From a virus: a stretch of 64,000 bases of DNA. Where the stretch lies: the IMG/VR virus record IMGVR_UViG_3300036766_000644, positions 112,685-176,684 of that record; one strand, written 5' to 3'. Both the position numbers and the translations under genes were made by a program. The notes beneath the pieces are model-generated. The model saw only the letters and a program-made list of their open reading frames with translations, did not search any database and was not told where the DNA came from. The number at the start of each line of letters is the position of its first letter. Position 1 is the stretch's first letter. Of this stretch, positions 10,156 to 20,019 are shown one piece after another.

Positions 10156-10846
10156 GGTTCCCTGCCTGCGCTCGCTTGATCGCGGATTCGATGAGCGTCT
10201 TCTGGTAGCTGAGCTGCCCCTGCGTGATACCGAGCTTCTTCATGATGGCAGCACCAGCTAGCCGCGGCTTGCCTTGGTACCCCGCGGTGTACTCGAAGAT
10301 GCTCTTCTGCAGGGGTGTCAGGTCGTGGTAGATGAAGTCGGTGAGGTGGTCATCCACATCCTCTGACTCCGGATGATCCTCAGACTCCACGAACTCCTTC
10401 CGCTGGCTCTGCCGTTGGAACGTCTCCAGCTTCTTCACGCCCCACCCCAGGTGATCGGCGAGCTCTTCGTTCGTAGGCTCCCGCCCGTGCCGGTCCTTCA
10501 GGTCGTTCATCGCTGTGTGGTAGGAGTGGAACAAAAGATTCTTCGTCTCAGAGAGTCGTGCCGTGTTCTGCGTGGCGTAGACGACGCGTGAGAGCTTGGG
10601 CAGGCGGCTGGCAATGTACGTCGAGAGCGCCGCGCCCATGTCGGGGTTGTACGTCTCGAAGGCCTCCACGGCGAGGCGCTTGGCCTCCCCCTCGAGGTAG
10701 CTGCGGGACATGGAGGGGGCCCACTTGTTCACTTCTCGCAGGAGTAGAGGGTTCATCTGCGTCAGCAGCTTCTGGAGATCGTCGGGAGCTCGCGTCTTCT
10801 TCCAGCGGCGCCAGAGCTCGAGGTCGTTTGTCTTGAGCGGGTTCAT
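10148..10846 (-). CDS. sigma-70 family RNA polymerase sigma factor-like protein
   Basis: The region-2-like segment EAFETYNPDMGAALSTYIASRL compares with the consensus FDPERGYKFSTYATWWIR. The region-4-like HTH is LTPLQKSIFEYTAGYQGKPRLAGAAIMKKLGITQGQLSYQKTLIESAIKRA. The in-frame ATG at 10846 overlaps the stop of the upstream 871-aa gene as ATGA, and this start is preferred over the track start at 10906. Confidence 0.5.
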   Translation of the reverse strand: MNPLKTNDLELWRRWKKTRAPDDLQKLLTQMNPLLLREVNKWAPSMSRSYLEGEAKRLAVEAFETYNPDMGAALSTYIASRLPKLSRVVYATQNTARLSETKNLLFHSYHTAMNDLKDRHGREPTNEELADHLGWGVKKLETFQRQSQRKEFVESEDHPESEDVDDHLTDFIYHDLTPLQKSIFEYTAGYQGKPRLAGAAIMKKLGITQGQLSYQKTLIESAIKRAQAGNHV

Positions 10847-13458
10847 TCCTGCGGTCCTTTGCGGTTGTACATCTCCGCCTGGTACGCCACGAGGGCGCTG
10901 TCCCAATCAGCCCGGGTCTGCGATGCGTTCACTGCGCCCACCAGCGGGTCGGTGTACGCCGTCGGCGGGACCGGCGGGTTCACCGTTTCCGTTGTAACGC
11001 CTACTTCAGCTGGCGTCGGGGTGTAGTTCGGGTCGTAGAACAGTTTACGGATCCGCTTGAAGTAGAGCACGTCACCGAAACGGTCGTCTCCGAGCTCAAC
11101 CTGTCCATCGTTGATCAGCGTTTGCAAGTCCGCAGTGGGCCCGTGCAGGAACGACAAGTAGTCGTCCAAGTTGCAGATGGGCCGCGCGACGTACTGCATG
11201 GCGGTGCCGTACTGGTTGAACACCGGAACGAAGGCGGGGAGCGGGACAACGTCCCGGGTACCGGAGAGCGTGTTGACGAGGACGGTCTGGGAGGTGAACC
11301 CTCCTACTGATTCAGTCGTCGTAGTACTGATCACGTTATTGGTTGTCTCCCCCGCGGCTACAGTCGACTGCGTTGCGGAGGCGTTCACGTTGGTGGTTGA
11401 CCCCCCAGACGTCGTGTTGGTGACGTTGAAGGACCCCGCGGTTACGGAGGAGTTGACCTCGACATTTCCAAGTTTGATCGCATCTACTTTACCGTCTGTC
11501 CTGGCGTACCCGAGCACTTCTCTGAAATCGAACGATGCCTTCTTGCCGTTCTTCATCGGCTCACGTTGGAAGAACAGAGCGTTGTAGAATTGCTCCGCCT
11601 TGGTGAAATCCTGGATGATGTCGCGCACGGAGGAGATAGGCTCGAGCGGGGCTGACCCAAACACAACAGGGTTCTTCGTCCCCGTGGGATTCAGCTTCTT
11701 CATCTCCTGGTTGAGCAGGTCCAGCATCTCCGGGATCGTACGGGAGAGGCTGTAGTTCACCGCGGTAGACATGCCGCCCAGGGACAAGGTCTGCGACACG
11801 TTGCTCAAGTACCCCATGGTGTGGAAGCCGCTCGACTTATGGTCGAAGATCACGCACGGGAACCCAGGGACTACGTAGGGGTTCCACGCCATGTTCACCG
11901 CACCGCCGCGCTTCTCATAGCGCCCGCGGTAGTGCTCGTACTTCACGTAGTCGTACATGAGCTCGCGGAGTGACGCGGCTTCCTGGAGGTCCTCGGGTTT
12001 CGAAGATTCTGTAGTTGCGACGTTGGTCCTTCCCTCGCGATTCTTCAAGTAGGTGAACCACGCCGGTACTGGCATTCGGCTCATCACGGGCCCTTTGAAG
12101 AATTCCTCTGGGAAGACCAGTAGATTCTTTCCACTCCAAGAGGTGTTTCCCGGCTTTCCGGCTGTTACCGCCCCTGTAGCAGGGTCTTTCCCCACCGGCG
12201 CTCCCGTTTTTTCTCGCAGGATCACATCTACTTCAGGCGGGTAACCGAAACTAAGCGCAGCCGCGACAAACGGGCTGTGTGTCAGGGCTCCCGCAACAAA
12301 TTGATCGTTGACGTACGTACGCGTCGGTTGAGCTAGGTAGCTCTCACTGTAGGAGTAGTTCGTGTTCATGCAGGGGAAGAGCACGTTACAGGTGGGCGCA
12401 ATCCCGAAGAACATCTGAGGCTTTACGAAGTAGTTTATGAGGCGGACCGGGTTCTTGAACACGTCGACCTGCTCGAGGCTCATGCCCGCGGGACCAATGA
12501 TCGTTCCGTCTGAGGCTTTTTCCGGAGTCGCGTCCACGACCCGTACCCGCGCCGCCGGAGCAGTGGGGAGCATTGCGACCTCGAACAGCACGTGCCCGTA
12601 CGTCTCCTTGAGCACGTCCCAGATGGTCCCGGCGTTTCCGATCGGCGCAGCCATATTGTTTTGGAGCGTTTGTAGCGCTGTTGTTGCTTGGACTGCTTGT
12701 AGGATGGGGAAGGCTCCTTTTGTCTGCGTCGATGTATCGTCTTCAAAGAGAGGAAGGGCGGCGAAGCGATTGATAAAGTTGCGCTTCCGCACCCAACGCG
12801 AGAAGAAGTTGATCGCAGGAACAGCGCGACGTGAAGGCTTCTGGTCGTTTAGCCTTGCGTCCACCATTCCGCGCACTGCGTTGTAGATGATCTCGTACGG
12901 GCGCGTGATGTCTGGCGGGTTGGCGTCCTTGTCTTTCCCGGGCTGTACGATGAGCCCCTTTTTGAAGAGGGAGAACGGGTAGAACGCCCCGGCCTGCGAC
13001 ACACCACCGGCCTGCGCCCCCGCCGTGACGGCGTAGTCGGTGACCGTGTCGATGTTGTTGAGGAAGAAGTAGTGCAGCTGCGTGAAGATGGAGATGTCAG
13101 CAATGGCGTTGAACGACATTTGGCGCCCAGAGCTCGAGCTCGTGTACGACCACCCGAGGATCTCCCCTTCGAAGAGCAGGCGGAACTCTGGGTTCTTAGG
13201 GTCGGCCAGGTCGTCGAGGTAGAACACCACGACTTCAATACGGTCTTCCGCGCCGAGTCGATGGAGCAGCCTGTGCGGCGGGAATGACAGCGTAGCCTCA
13301 GGGATCATCCACACGCCGTAGTTCACCGTCACGCTTGGGCATGGCACCTCAATCCCGTTGAGGTACACGAGCCAGGCGCCCCGGTGTGGCTTGCCGACGT
13401 AGTTGCTCACTTGTTTGCTTCCGAGAGGAGTAGCGCGGTGAGGTAGACGGAGGCGCAC
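10843..13458 (-). CDS. large tail/baseplate hub-like structural protein (871 aa)
   Basis: Long ORF downstream of the tape measure and its small partner genes, with strong codon bias. It is translationally coupled (ATGA) to the sigma-like gene. Confidence 0.45.
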   Translation of the reverse strand: MRLRLPHRATPLGSKQVSNYVGKPHRGAWLVYLNGIEVPCPSVTVNYGVWMIPEATLSFPPHRLLHRLGAEDRIEVVVFYLDDLADPKNPEFRLLFEGEILGWSYTSSSSGRQMSFNAIADISIFTQLHYFFLNNIDTVTDYAVTAGAQAGGVSQAGAFYPFSLFKKGLIVQPGKDKDANPPDITRPYEIIYNAVRGMVDARLNDQKPSRRAVPAINFFSRWVRKRNFINRFAALPLFEDDTSTQTKGAFPILQAVQATTALQTLQNNMAAPIGNAGTIWDVLKETYGHVLFEVAMLPTAPAARVRVVDATPEKASDGTIIGPAGMSLEQVDVFKNPVRLINYFVKPQMFFGIAPTCNVLFPCMNTNYSYSESYLAQPTRTYVNDQFVAGALTHSPFVAAALSFGYPPEVDVILREKTGAPVGKDPATGAVTAGKPGNTSWSGKNLLVFPEEFFKGPVMSRMPVPAWFTYLKNREGRTNVATTESSKPEDLQEAASLRELMYDYVKYEHYRGRYEKRGGAVNMAWNPYVVPGFPCVIFDHKSSGFHTMGYLSNVSQTLSLGGMSTAVNYSLSRTIPEMLDLLNQEMKKLNPTGTKNPVVFGSAPLEPISSVRDIIQDFTKAEQFYNALFFQREPMKNGKKASFDFREVLGYARTDGKVDAIKLGNVEVNSSVTAGSFNVTNTTSGGSTTNVNASATQSTVAAGETTNNVISTTTTESVGGFTSQTVLVNTLSGTRDVVPLPAFVPVFNQYGTAMQYVARPICNLDDYLSFLHGPTADLQTLINDGQVELGDDRFGDVLYFKRIRKLFYDPNYTPTPAEVGVTTETVNPPVPPTAYTDPLVGAVNASQTRADWDSALVAYQAEMYNRKGPQE

Positions 13459-13925
13459 AGCCCTGCGACGCGGTGGTTGAACGAAGGGCCCTCGAGGCGT
13501 GAGCGGATGAGCTCAACGTGCTGGTCGGGGACTTGCTGCTGCGCTAGCTCCCGGAGAGCTTGCGTGCGTTGTGTCATCGCTGTCTCCAGGATTTTGTCCA
13601 CTGCCTGAGCTTTCAGCTTGTCGACATACCACCCAGCGATCGACGCGTCATCCGCCCCGGTCAAGTCGAAGAAGATAGACTTGAGGTCTGCGTCGTGGGC
13701 GAACAGGACAAGCGTCCTCCCACGAGTCGCGATGTCGGAGCTACCCGTTGTCGGGTTCGCCGCGGTGAACTGCATCCCGGCCCGGCGCCACATCTCGAGC
13801 GTGGCGTACGGGAACGCAGTACGCAGCCGCGTCTCGCCTGGGAGCATCTCCTTGTTGACGAGGACGTTGTTGATGTTGAACGCCTCGATGGGTTCACCGA
13901 CACCGAGGAATGGGATCGTAGCCAT
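13407..13925 (-). CDS. tail protein (172 aa)
   Basis: ORF within the tail operon. It overlaps the downstream gene start by about 50 nt, so a later internal start is possible. Confidence 0.35.
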   Translation of the reverse strand: MATIPFLGVGEPIEAFNINNVLVNKEMLPGETRLRTAFPYATLEMWRRAGMQFTAANPTTGSSDIATRGRTLVLFAHDADLKSIFFDLTGADDASIAGWYVDKLKAQAVDKILETAMTQRTQALRELAQQQVPDQHVELIRSRLEGPSFNHRVAGLCASVYLTALLLSEANK

Positions 13926-13937
13926 GGTCGTTATCCA

Positions 13938-14963
13938 TTAAAGTCGGAGGAAGACACTTGTGTCAGGTTCTAGCTTTGCGTTGATCTCCGCCGAGGATTT
14001 TGGTGTCGCATCCTGCGCCATGCTTTGTGCCGAGGAGAAGTCTGGCTTAGCCCCCGGCGGTTCAGGTTGTTTGGGGGTCGCAGCAGGAGCTTCCGCGACC
14101 GGAGGAACCAACGCCACCTTTACACTCAGTGTACTGAGATTCCCTAGCCCGCGCTCAAATGGCCGGTATCCGTCCGCCGCGACGGCGAACGGCTTAGAGA
14201 GCTGCACCACCCCCGCGTAGGGGTTTGGGAGCAAGATGATCTGCTTGACGAGCAGCGTGAAGTTGAACGGAACCGCTACTTCCATCTCCGCGTTGAGCCC
14301 AAGAGAGAGGTTCAGCATGGCCCCTGACACGATGAGTCCGTCGTACCGGATACTCAGGAGCGTGTTGAGTTGTGCGAGCTTCGTTCCTCGCCCCATCTCC
14401 TGGTAGAGACGTAGCATGTTCATCGCCTGGTCATCCTGCTTCGTGTTGATCAGCGTTCCCGCGTAAGTGAACGTCGGGGCTGCTTGCCCGAAGAAGTACG
14501 CTACGTGATCATCTGACAAGACCTCGACGACCTGGCTCTTCTCCTGGAATCCGTGCTGAACATTCTGAAGCAGAAAGTCGATGTATCCGTTCCCCCCGCT
14601 GGTGTTTCCGCTCGTGGTGACAGTACCCCCGAGTACCTTAGCGACCTGCTGCGCGGCAGGTTTGGTGTTGAATGAGTCGACGAATGTTTTGTAGTTCGGG
14701 ATCTGCAGGAACATCCGCGCCATTGACTCGCGGAAGTCGTCTTCGCGCTCCCCGTTGTTTACCGAGTACTTCGGGGTCGACCCCGGAGTCTCGGCGAACA
14801 CGCCCCGCGGCGGGCGCATGTTCGTCTGGCCCCCCGTACCATTGAGGTCTTTCTCGAATGGGATGCCCCCTGCCTCCATGGTCCACCAGAGACGGTCGGT
14901 CGAAATAATGCCCGTCCCTTCTTCGATGGTTCCTTCGCGGAGTAAGTCGTTGACGGAAACCAT
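13938..14963 (-). CDS. tail component (341 aa; distal-tail/DNA-circularisation-like position)
   Basis: ORF with the expected codon bias, two genes after the tape measure. Confidence 0.4.
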   Translation of the reverse strand: MVSVNDLLREGTIEEGTGIISTDRLWWTMEAGGIPFEKDLNGTGGQTNMRPPRGVFAETPGSTPKYSVNNGEREDDFRESMARMFLQIPNYKTFVDSFNTKPAAQQVAKVLGGTVTTSGNTSGGNGYIDFLLQNVQHGFQEKSQVVEVLSDDHVAYFFGQAAPTFTYAGTLINTKQDDQAMNMLRLYQEMGRGTKLAQLNTLLSIRYDGLIVSGAMLNLSLGLNAEMEVAVPFNFTLLVKQIILLPNPYAGVVQLSKPFAVAADGYRPFERGLGNLSTLSVKVALVPPVAEAPAATPKQPEPPGAKPDFSSAQSMAQDATPKSSAEINAKLEPDTSVFLRL

Positions 14964-14966
14964 GCG

Positions 14967-15185
14967 TTACCTCGTAAAGGAGTCGTCGTCTGGCACGACG
15001 GTCTGGATGGGGAGAACGCCGATCTCTTTGACCACCATCAACGCCCGACGACGCAGGCTCGGCAGCGCGACGCTCGGCGTCTCTCCCGCCTTGGTCAATG
15101 TTATCAGCGCGTCGTTGACCGCGGTAAGCAGGTTGATCGACGTTGGGATGATGAGCTTAAGTTTTGTAGTAGCCATTACCGCCAC
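14967..15185 (-). CDS. small protein (72 aa) coupled to tape measure
   Basis: Short ORF whose start overlaps the tape-measure stop by 10 nt. Confidence 0.3.
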   Translation of the reverse strand: MAVMATTKLKLIIPTSINLLTAVNDALITLTKAGETPSVALPSLRRRALMVVKEIGVLPIQTVVPDDDSFTR

Positions 15186-18100
15186 CCCCCAGCATCATTA
15201 GGCAGATCGGTATGATCGCCTCTTTTGTTCAACAACTGCGCCGCTTTTAGGAGAGCGCGGGACGCGGAATCGAATGTTTTTACCGACTCTGGGAATGCCC
15301 CTTTAACGGCGCCTTCAGTTTCGGCCAAAACCTCGCCTTGTTTCTCGATGGCTTCATCCGTGAGATTGCGCTCTCCGCCTTCTGTACTGGCGACGGCGCT
15401 GAACCCACGTTGTTCCACATATTGTGACGCTTCTTCTTTTATATCTTCCGCTTCTGACGTTTTACCTTGGCTGAGTGCGAACTGGTACCGCTCCGCGTAA
15501 TCCCGCATCTTCCCTTTCATCCCAGAGATATTCCCAGCCAGGAGCTCCCCGGTTGATTTAGAGCTGTCAACGTTTGTACCAAAGGCGATGCGCTTTCCGA
15601 CGCGTTCGCTGACATCTCGCCCTATGACGAGTCCTTTGATCCGTTCAGCTTCGACTATTCCCTCTCGCAGCTCGGGCTTCTGCCCGGCCAGGCGTCGGCC
15701 GTACGCTGCTACATCCGACCGCGCCGCAGGGTCTTGGTTGAGTGCTTCAGATTTTGTTACGGACTCCGCAATTTCTTCCTCGGAGGCTCCCTTCATAGCG
15801 AGTAAGTAGGCCTGCTTCCCCTCGGGTGAGCTGTTGGGGCCTTCGGCGGCTTCTCGAAGGGCGGCCAGCATTGCGACCTTAGGTGAGGAGGTCCCCTCGA
15901 ATATTTTTTTCACAAGCTGGGAGCGCCTAGTGCGCGTGCCTTTGAGCATATCTGCGCCGACATTCTCTTCCCCGAACATTTCGGATGTGAGCGCGTCCTG
16001 CGCTAGCGTAAGTTTGTCAATGTATTCCTTATGCCCCTTGGCGTCGACAAGATCCCGCCCCAGGAATGCTTTTTTATTCCCCCCGGAGAGTACCTCGGAT
16101 TCATCTCGCGCGATGCTCCCTATTTCGGTGAGCATGCTATCTGATACTTCTGAAGGCTTTACCCCTAGTATTCGGGAGGCGTTTTCTCGCAGGATCTTTT
16201 TAGCGATGTCGTCTCCCATCAATCCTTCTTTCCCCAATACTTTGAGATCCGCTCTCGCTCGTCCGCCGAGAGCAAGGGAAGATTCTGTAACGATTTGTCT
16301 AAGTTTCTCCTTCGATACTCCGGAGCTTTTGGCGAGGGCTGCTAGTTTCTGTGTTTTTCCCTCCGCTCCAAGGTTTGAGCCCCCCGCCCACATTTCTGAG
16401 CCCCTTCGCAGATCTTCCGTTTGCGCCCGATGCTCGCTGGCTGATCCGAAGACCTCATCCCCTACGAATTTACCGACGTCTTTACCCCCCCACAAGCTAC
16501 CAAAGCCGCTCAGTACATCTACGCCTGACTGGAGGAGCGCCCGCGACCCCCGTTCAAAGGCGCCGCCTCCTAGAGCTCCCGCCATACCGCCTTGGGCCTG
16601 ACGGAGTTGTCTGAGATCGTCGACGTCTCCACCCAAGAATTCGTCCCACTCATTCTGGGCTCCGAAAATACCGGTGTCGCGGCTTCTCTTTCGGGTCTTC
16701 CCGTAGATCTCTCCTCCACGCATTAAGGCTTCTTTACCCGCCTCGTAGTCTTTACGTCCGATCGCTCGGCTACGGCGTAGCGCGTCGTCCGTTGTGTTGA
16801 GCAAGCGCTCATCCGTGCGGAGTACTACTTGTCCCCGATCGCGCGCCTGCCGTTCCTGCTCATCGGACGCGAAGAAGTTGGACACCCCCTCACCTAGATT
16901 GCGCATGCCCCCGTATAGATCGGTCATCTCCCGCCCAAAGTCACCTGTCCCCCCTCGGGTCATCCGCCCGAATAGCCCAGGCCTTGAGCGGTCACGTTCT
17001 TCCGTAGCGAGCCCGCGCAATTCCATCTGCTGCACGCGGTTTTGTTGTTGGAGGTTCCGCCAGTACCCAGGGCTCCCCGCCTCGGACATCATGGATTTGA
17101 CTTGGTCGTTCGACATGCCCATGGCGAGGCCCGCCGTAGCGAAGCCCCCCGGGTTCTTGTCGAGGCCCATCATCTTCATGGTCTGCATGACCTGACCCAT
17201 CTTCGCTGCCTGCAGCCCTTGCGGCCCGAGCAAACGTCCGACGGCGTCCTGGATCTCCGTCCCCTGCACCTGCGCCATCCCGAGGGCGCCGACTCCTTGT
17301 TTCTGCACCGCTGCGAGCAGGTTGTTGGCGCCCATCGTCGCCATCTGCCCGATGTTCATCTGTCCGCCGCGAAGTGCTCGGATCGCCCCACCATCTACGT
17401 TGAACTCGCCTCCAGGGCCCATCCGGGACATCGCCGCGGACATCATGGGCATTTTGAGAAACGCCGCAGAGCTTTCCATGTCGTGTTGCGCGACTCCCTG
17501 GACGCCGCCGAGCATTGCCAGCCGTTGCGGTGAGAATGCGCCCCCAGCGACGGCTGCGTTAGCCATCCCCTGAGCTCCTACGCCGACACGCATACCGAGT
17601 CCCGCGGAGAGCCCCTGTTGTTGGAACATCATCGCGCCTTGGAGTCCTCCGGACTCCATGATCCCCTTTACGCTGGTGCCCGCCATCTTGGAGTACATCC
17701 GTGCTTCGACCGCCATGTCCATGGTCTCGCCAATGGACATACCCATGGAGCGCATCCGCCCCATGGACTTGAGAGCCTCGACAACATTTGGCTCGTTGGC
17801 GATCTTCATGAAGCTGACGAGTGACTTGGCGATGCCCTTCACGCGGTCGTGTATCTGGTCGACGGACTGTGCGTCGTTGAGTAGGCCCTGCTGCCCGGAG
17901 ATCTGAGTAATCTTGGTGAGGTCTTGCGCGGAGAATGCCCCGCCCGTCTGTCGTTTGAACTGAGTGCTATACGCAGTATCCTCGAGCATTCGGCCCAGGT
18001 GCGTCGCCCCAGTTCCGCTCAGTCCCCGCCCCGTTTGCATGTTCAGATCTGGGCCGCCGTGCACGAAGCTCTGCGACGCTCCCATCATCTGCTGCCCGCG

Positions 18101-18922
18101 GATCGCCATGGTCCTGAAGGGGTTCAGGTTGTTCGCCATGTGCTGTGCCGTAGCTCCGAAGCCGAAGTGCTCGGAGCCCATCATCCCGGCCAGCCCGCCG
18201 ATCCCACCGCCAAGGATTGCCCCCGCCGGACCAAAGCGTGCGCCGATGGAAGCACCCAGGCCTGCGCCCATGGCACCAAATCCGATGTCAGCTCCGGCTC
18301 GAGCTGCCACACCAGGCACTGCGAACATCGCCGCGGTACGCCGCTGCCCCGCTTGGATCGCCATGTTGTTCGAGAGCTCCATCGGAGTCTGGAACTGCGG
18401 CGGAGGCGGCATCGGCGTGAACGGCGTCTGAAACATCGGCATCTGCGGGAACGGAGAGACCGTCGGCCCCTGCTGCTGGGGGAACGGCCGGTAGATCCCC
18501 ATCCCAGGGGTCGTCATCATGGCGGGGTGCGGCATCATCCCGGGCTGGAACCCCCCACCCATCCCGCCCATCATCCCCATCATTTGCGCTGAGAATGGGG
18601 CCACCTGCTGCTGCCCGATCCCCATCATGTTCTGTTGATACTGCTGCGAGAACGCACCAATTGCGCCGATTCCGCCTCCACCACCGCCACCACCACCAAA
18701 GGCCATCCCCCCCATGCCCCCAAGGCGCATGGCTGAGGTCGTCTGCAGGGTCGTCGCCATCGCCGTCTGGGTCTGGCGGACGATGTCTTGGGAGATTTCG
18801 CCGGGGTGGCGGACCATCGGAGGAGGCGGCGGAGCAGGCGTTGCGATCCCGAGAGGGTTGAAGCTGCCTCCCTGGCCGACGAGACCGAGTTGCGCCTGCA
18901 TCGAGTTGAATTCGTCCGCCAT
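15176..18922 (-). CDS. tail tape measure protein
   Basis: 1248-aa ORF. The N-terminus is Gly/Met/Gln/Pro-rich low complexity with MMGMMGGMGGG runs. It continues with long Ala/Gly/Met-rich helical stretches and a charged C-terminus. It is the largest gene of the tail operon and follows two chaperone-like small genes. Confidence 0.65.
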   Translation of the reverse strand: MADEFNSMQAQLGLVGQGGSFNPLGIATPAPPPPPMVRHPGEISQDIVRQTQTAMATTLQTTSAMRLGGMGGMAFGGGGGGGGGIGAIGAFSQQYQQNMMGIGQQQVAPFSAQMMGMMGGMGGGFQPGMMPHPAMMTTPGMGIYRPFPQQQGPTVSPFPQMPMFQTPFTPMPPPPQFQTPMELSNNMAIQAGQRRTAAMFAVPGVAARAGADIGFGAMGAGLGASIGARFGPAGAILGGGIGGLAGMMGSEHFGFGATAQHMANNLNPFRTMAIRGQQMMGASQSFVHGGPDLNMQTGRGLSGTGATHLGRMLEDTAYSTQFKRQTGGAFSAQDLTKITQISGQQGLLNDAQSVDQIHDRVKGIAKSLVSFMKIANEPNVVEALKSMGRMRSMGMSIGETMDMAVEARMYSKMAGTSVKGIMESGGLQGAMMFQQQGLSAGLGMRVGVGAQGMANAAVAGGAFSPQRLAMLGGVQGVAQHDMESSAAFLKMPMMSAAMSRMGPGGEFNVDGGAIRALRGGQMNIGQMATMGANNLLAAVQKQGVGALGMAQVQGTEIQDAVGRLLGPQGLQAAKMGQVMQTMKMMGLDKNPGGFATAGLAMGMSNDQVKSMMSEAGSPGYWRNLQQQNRVQQMELRGLATEERDRSRPGLFGRMTRGGTGDFGREMTDLYGGMRNLGEGVSNFFASDEQERQARDRGQVVLRTDERLLNTTDDALRRSRAIGRKDYEAGKEALMRGGEIYGKTRKRSRDTGIFGAQNEWDEFLGGDVDDLRQLRQAQGGMAGALGGGAFERGSRALLQSGVDVLSGFGSLWGGKDVGKFVGDEVFGSASEHRAQTEDLRRGSEMWAGGSNLGAEGKTQKLAALAKSSGVSKEKLRQIVTESSLALGGRARADLKVLGKEGLMGDDIAKKILRENASRILGVKPSEVSDSMLTEIGSIARDESEVLSGGNKKAFLGRDLVDAKGHKEYIDKLTLAQDALTSEMFGEENVGADMLKGTRTRRSQLVKKIFEGTSSPKVAMLAALREAAEGPNSSPEGKQAYLLAMKGASEEEIAESVTKSEALNQDPAARSDVAAYGRRLAGQKPELREGIVEAERIKGLVIGRDVSERVGKRIAFGTNVDSSKSTGELLAGNISGMKGKMRDYAERYQFALSQGKTSEAEDIKEEASQYVEQRGFSAVASTEGGERNLTDEAIEKQGEVLAETEGAVKGAFPESVKTFDSASRALLKAAQLLNKRGDHTDLPNDAGGWR

Positions 18923-18925
18923 GGC

Positions 18926-19159
18926 TTACCGTCTCCTGGCACCCGCTTTCTTCTGCGGGGCATCGTCGTCTGGAGCAGTCAACCCCTCCAGCTTTTTCAG
19001 CAAGGCGTCGTCGTTCAGCTTCTTCTTCACCTTCTTGGAGACTACTTCGACTTTACGGCGCCTCAGCCGCTGAGCGTACGCGGGGGTGTAGCGGTCCTGG
19101 CTCAGCTCGTCCTTGTAGGCACTTAGCATAGCCTCAAGGGTGCCACCACGCATACCCAT
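18926..19159 (-). CDS. small basic protein (77 aa), tail-assembly chaperone-like position
   Basis: ORF immediately upstream of the tape measure, with a 3-nt gap. Confidence 0.35.
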   Translation of the reverse strand: MGMRGGTLEAMLSAYKDELSQDRYTPAYAQRLRRRKVEVVSKKVKKKLNDDALLKKLEGLTAPDDDAPQKKAGARRR

Positions 19160-19320
19160 GCCCCCACCAAGGATTCGAGCAAAGAGCTCGACCAGTGTGA
19201 AGCGTTCGGCGCGGTCACGCCTATGAATTTCCTCGAGAAGTTTGTCTTGAGCGGAGCCCCGCGGCGGTAACGCGACCCCTCGGGCGTAGGCGTAAGCCCG
19301 TGCGTTACTCCGCAGGGCTA

Positions 19321-19911
19321 CTAGAAATTTTCGTCAGCGCCCTCGGCGAAGACTGCCATCACCTTGGAATCGAACTTGGAAAGCTCCCGCGAGAGGACCG
19401 TGAAGAGTGGTCCAGGCATCTTCTTGACGAGCTTCATGACCTCATCGAAGTCGTCATCCGAGTCGTGCTTGAGGACTTTGCCTTCCCACTCGTACAGCGA
19501 CGAAGCGAGGTTGTAGCGGGTGATGAGCTCGTCCTGGCTGATGGCCAGTTGCGGCTTCTGCATCTCCAAGATCGTCTGGAGGCGAAGGTGATCCTCGTAC
19601 ATGCGAGTACGGAATACCGCACGGTGGTTGCCGCGGAAACGAACGTACTCCTCGTAGTACCCTTTGGTGAGCACGCCGTCGTAGATGCTCTCGGCTTCTT
19701 TGAGATCGACCTTCATCCCTTCCAGGCGCTTACGGTACTGCTCAGCGGGAGTGAGGAAGTCCGATTCCTTCAGGAGACTCTCCACCAGGGGCGTCGTCTC
19801 CGGAGCCGCGTCGTCTGCTTTCTCGGCGGTCTCTTCCACCGGCGGCGCTGGGGGCGGGCGAGGCTTGTTCTGCTCAGGGCTACGGAAATCGCCAATTGTC
19901 GGTCGTGCCAT
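19321..19911 (-). CDS. acidic 196-aa protein, candidate tail assembly chaperone (first gene of leftward operon)
   Basis: ORF with good codon bias that starts at the divergent junction opposite the helicase gene. The C-terminus is acidic. Confidence 0.4.
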   Translation of the reverse strand: MARPTIGDFRSPEQNKPRPPPAPPVEETAEKADDAAPETTPLVESLLKESDFLTPAEQYRKRLEGMKVDLKEAESIYDGVLTKGYYEEYVRFRGNHRAVFRTRMYEDHLRLQTILEMQKPQLAISQDELITRYNLASSLYEWEGKVLKHDSDDDFDEVMKLVKKMPGPLFTVLSRELSKFDSKVMAVFAEGADENF

Positions 19912-20019
19912 GCGTGCTCCCTAAAAAGATCGTCGGGGCTGGTACAAGGAGGGTGGAAAGAATGTTGCCCACATAAACAGTTCGTAGTACGAGAGTCAAC
20001 CTAGAAGCGGAGGTAGCGA

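Noticed and set aside
15225-18592. Numerous plus-strand ORFs opposite the tape measure gene
   Set aside because: They are antisense to a 1248-aa gene with consistent third-position GC bias and tape-measure composition.
19912-20019. Divergent promoter between the tail operon and the helicase gene
   Set aside because: The region is intergenic and AT-enriched relative to the flanks, but I could not identify convincing -35/-10 hexamers. The phage encodes its own sigma factor, so its promoter consensus is unknown.
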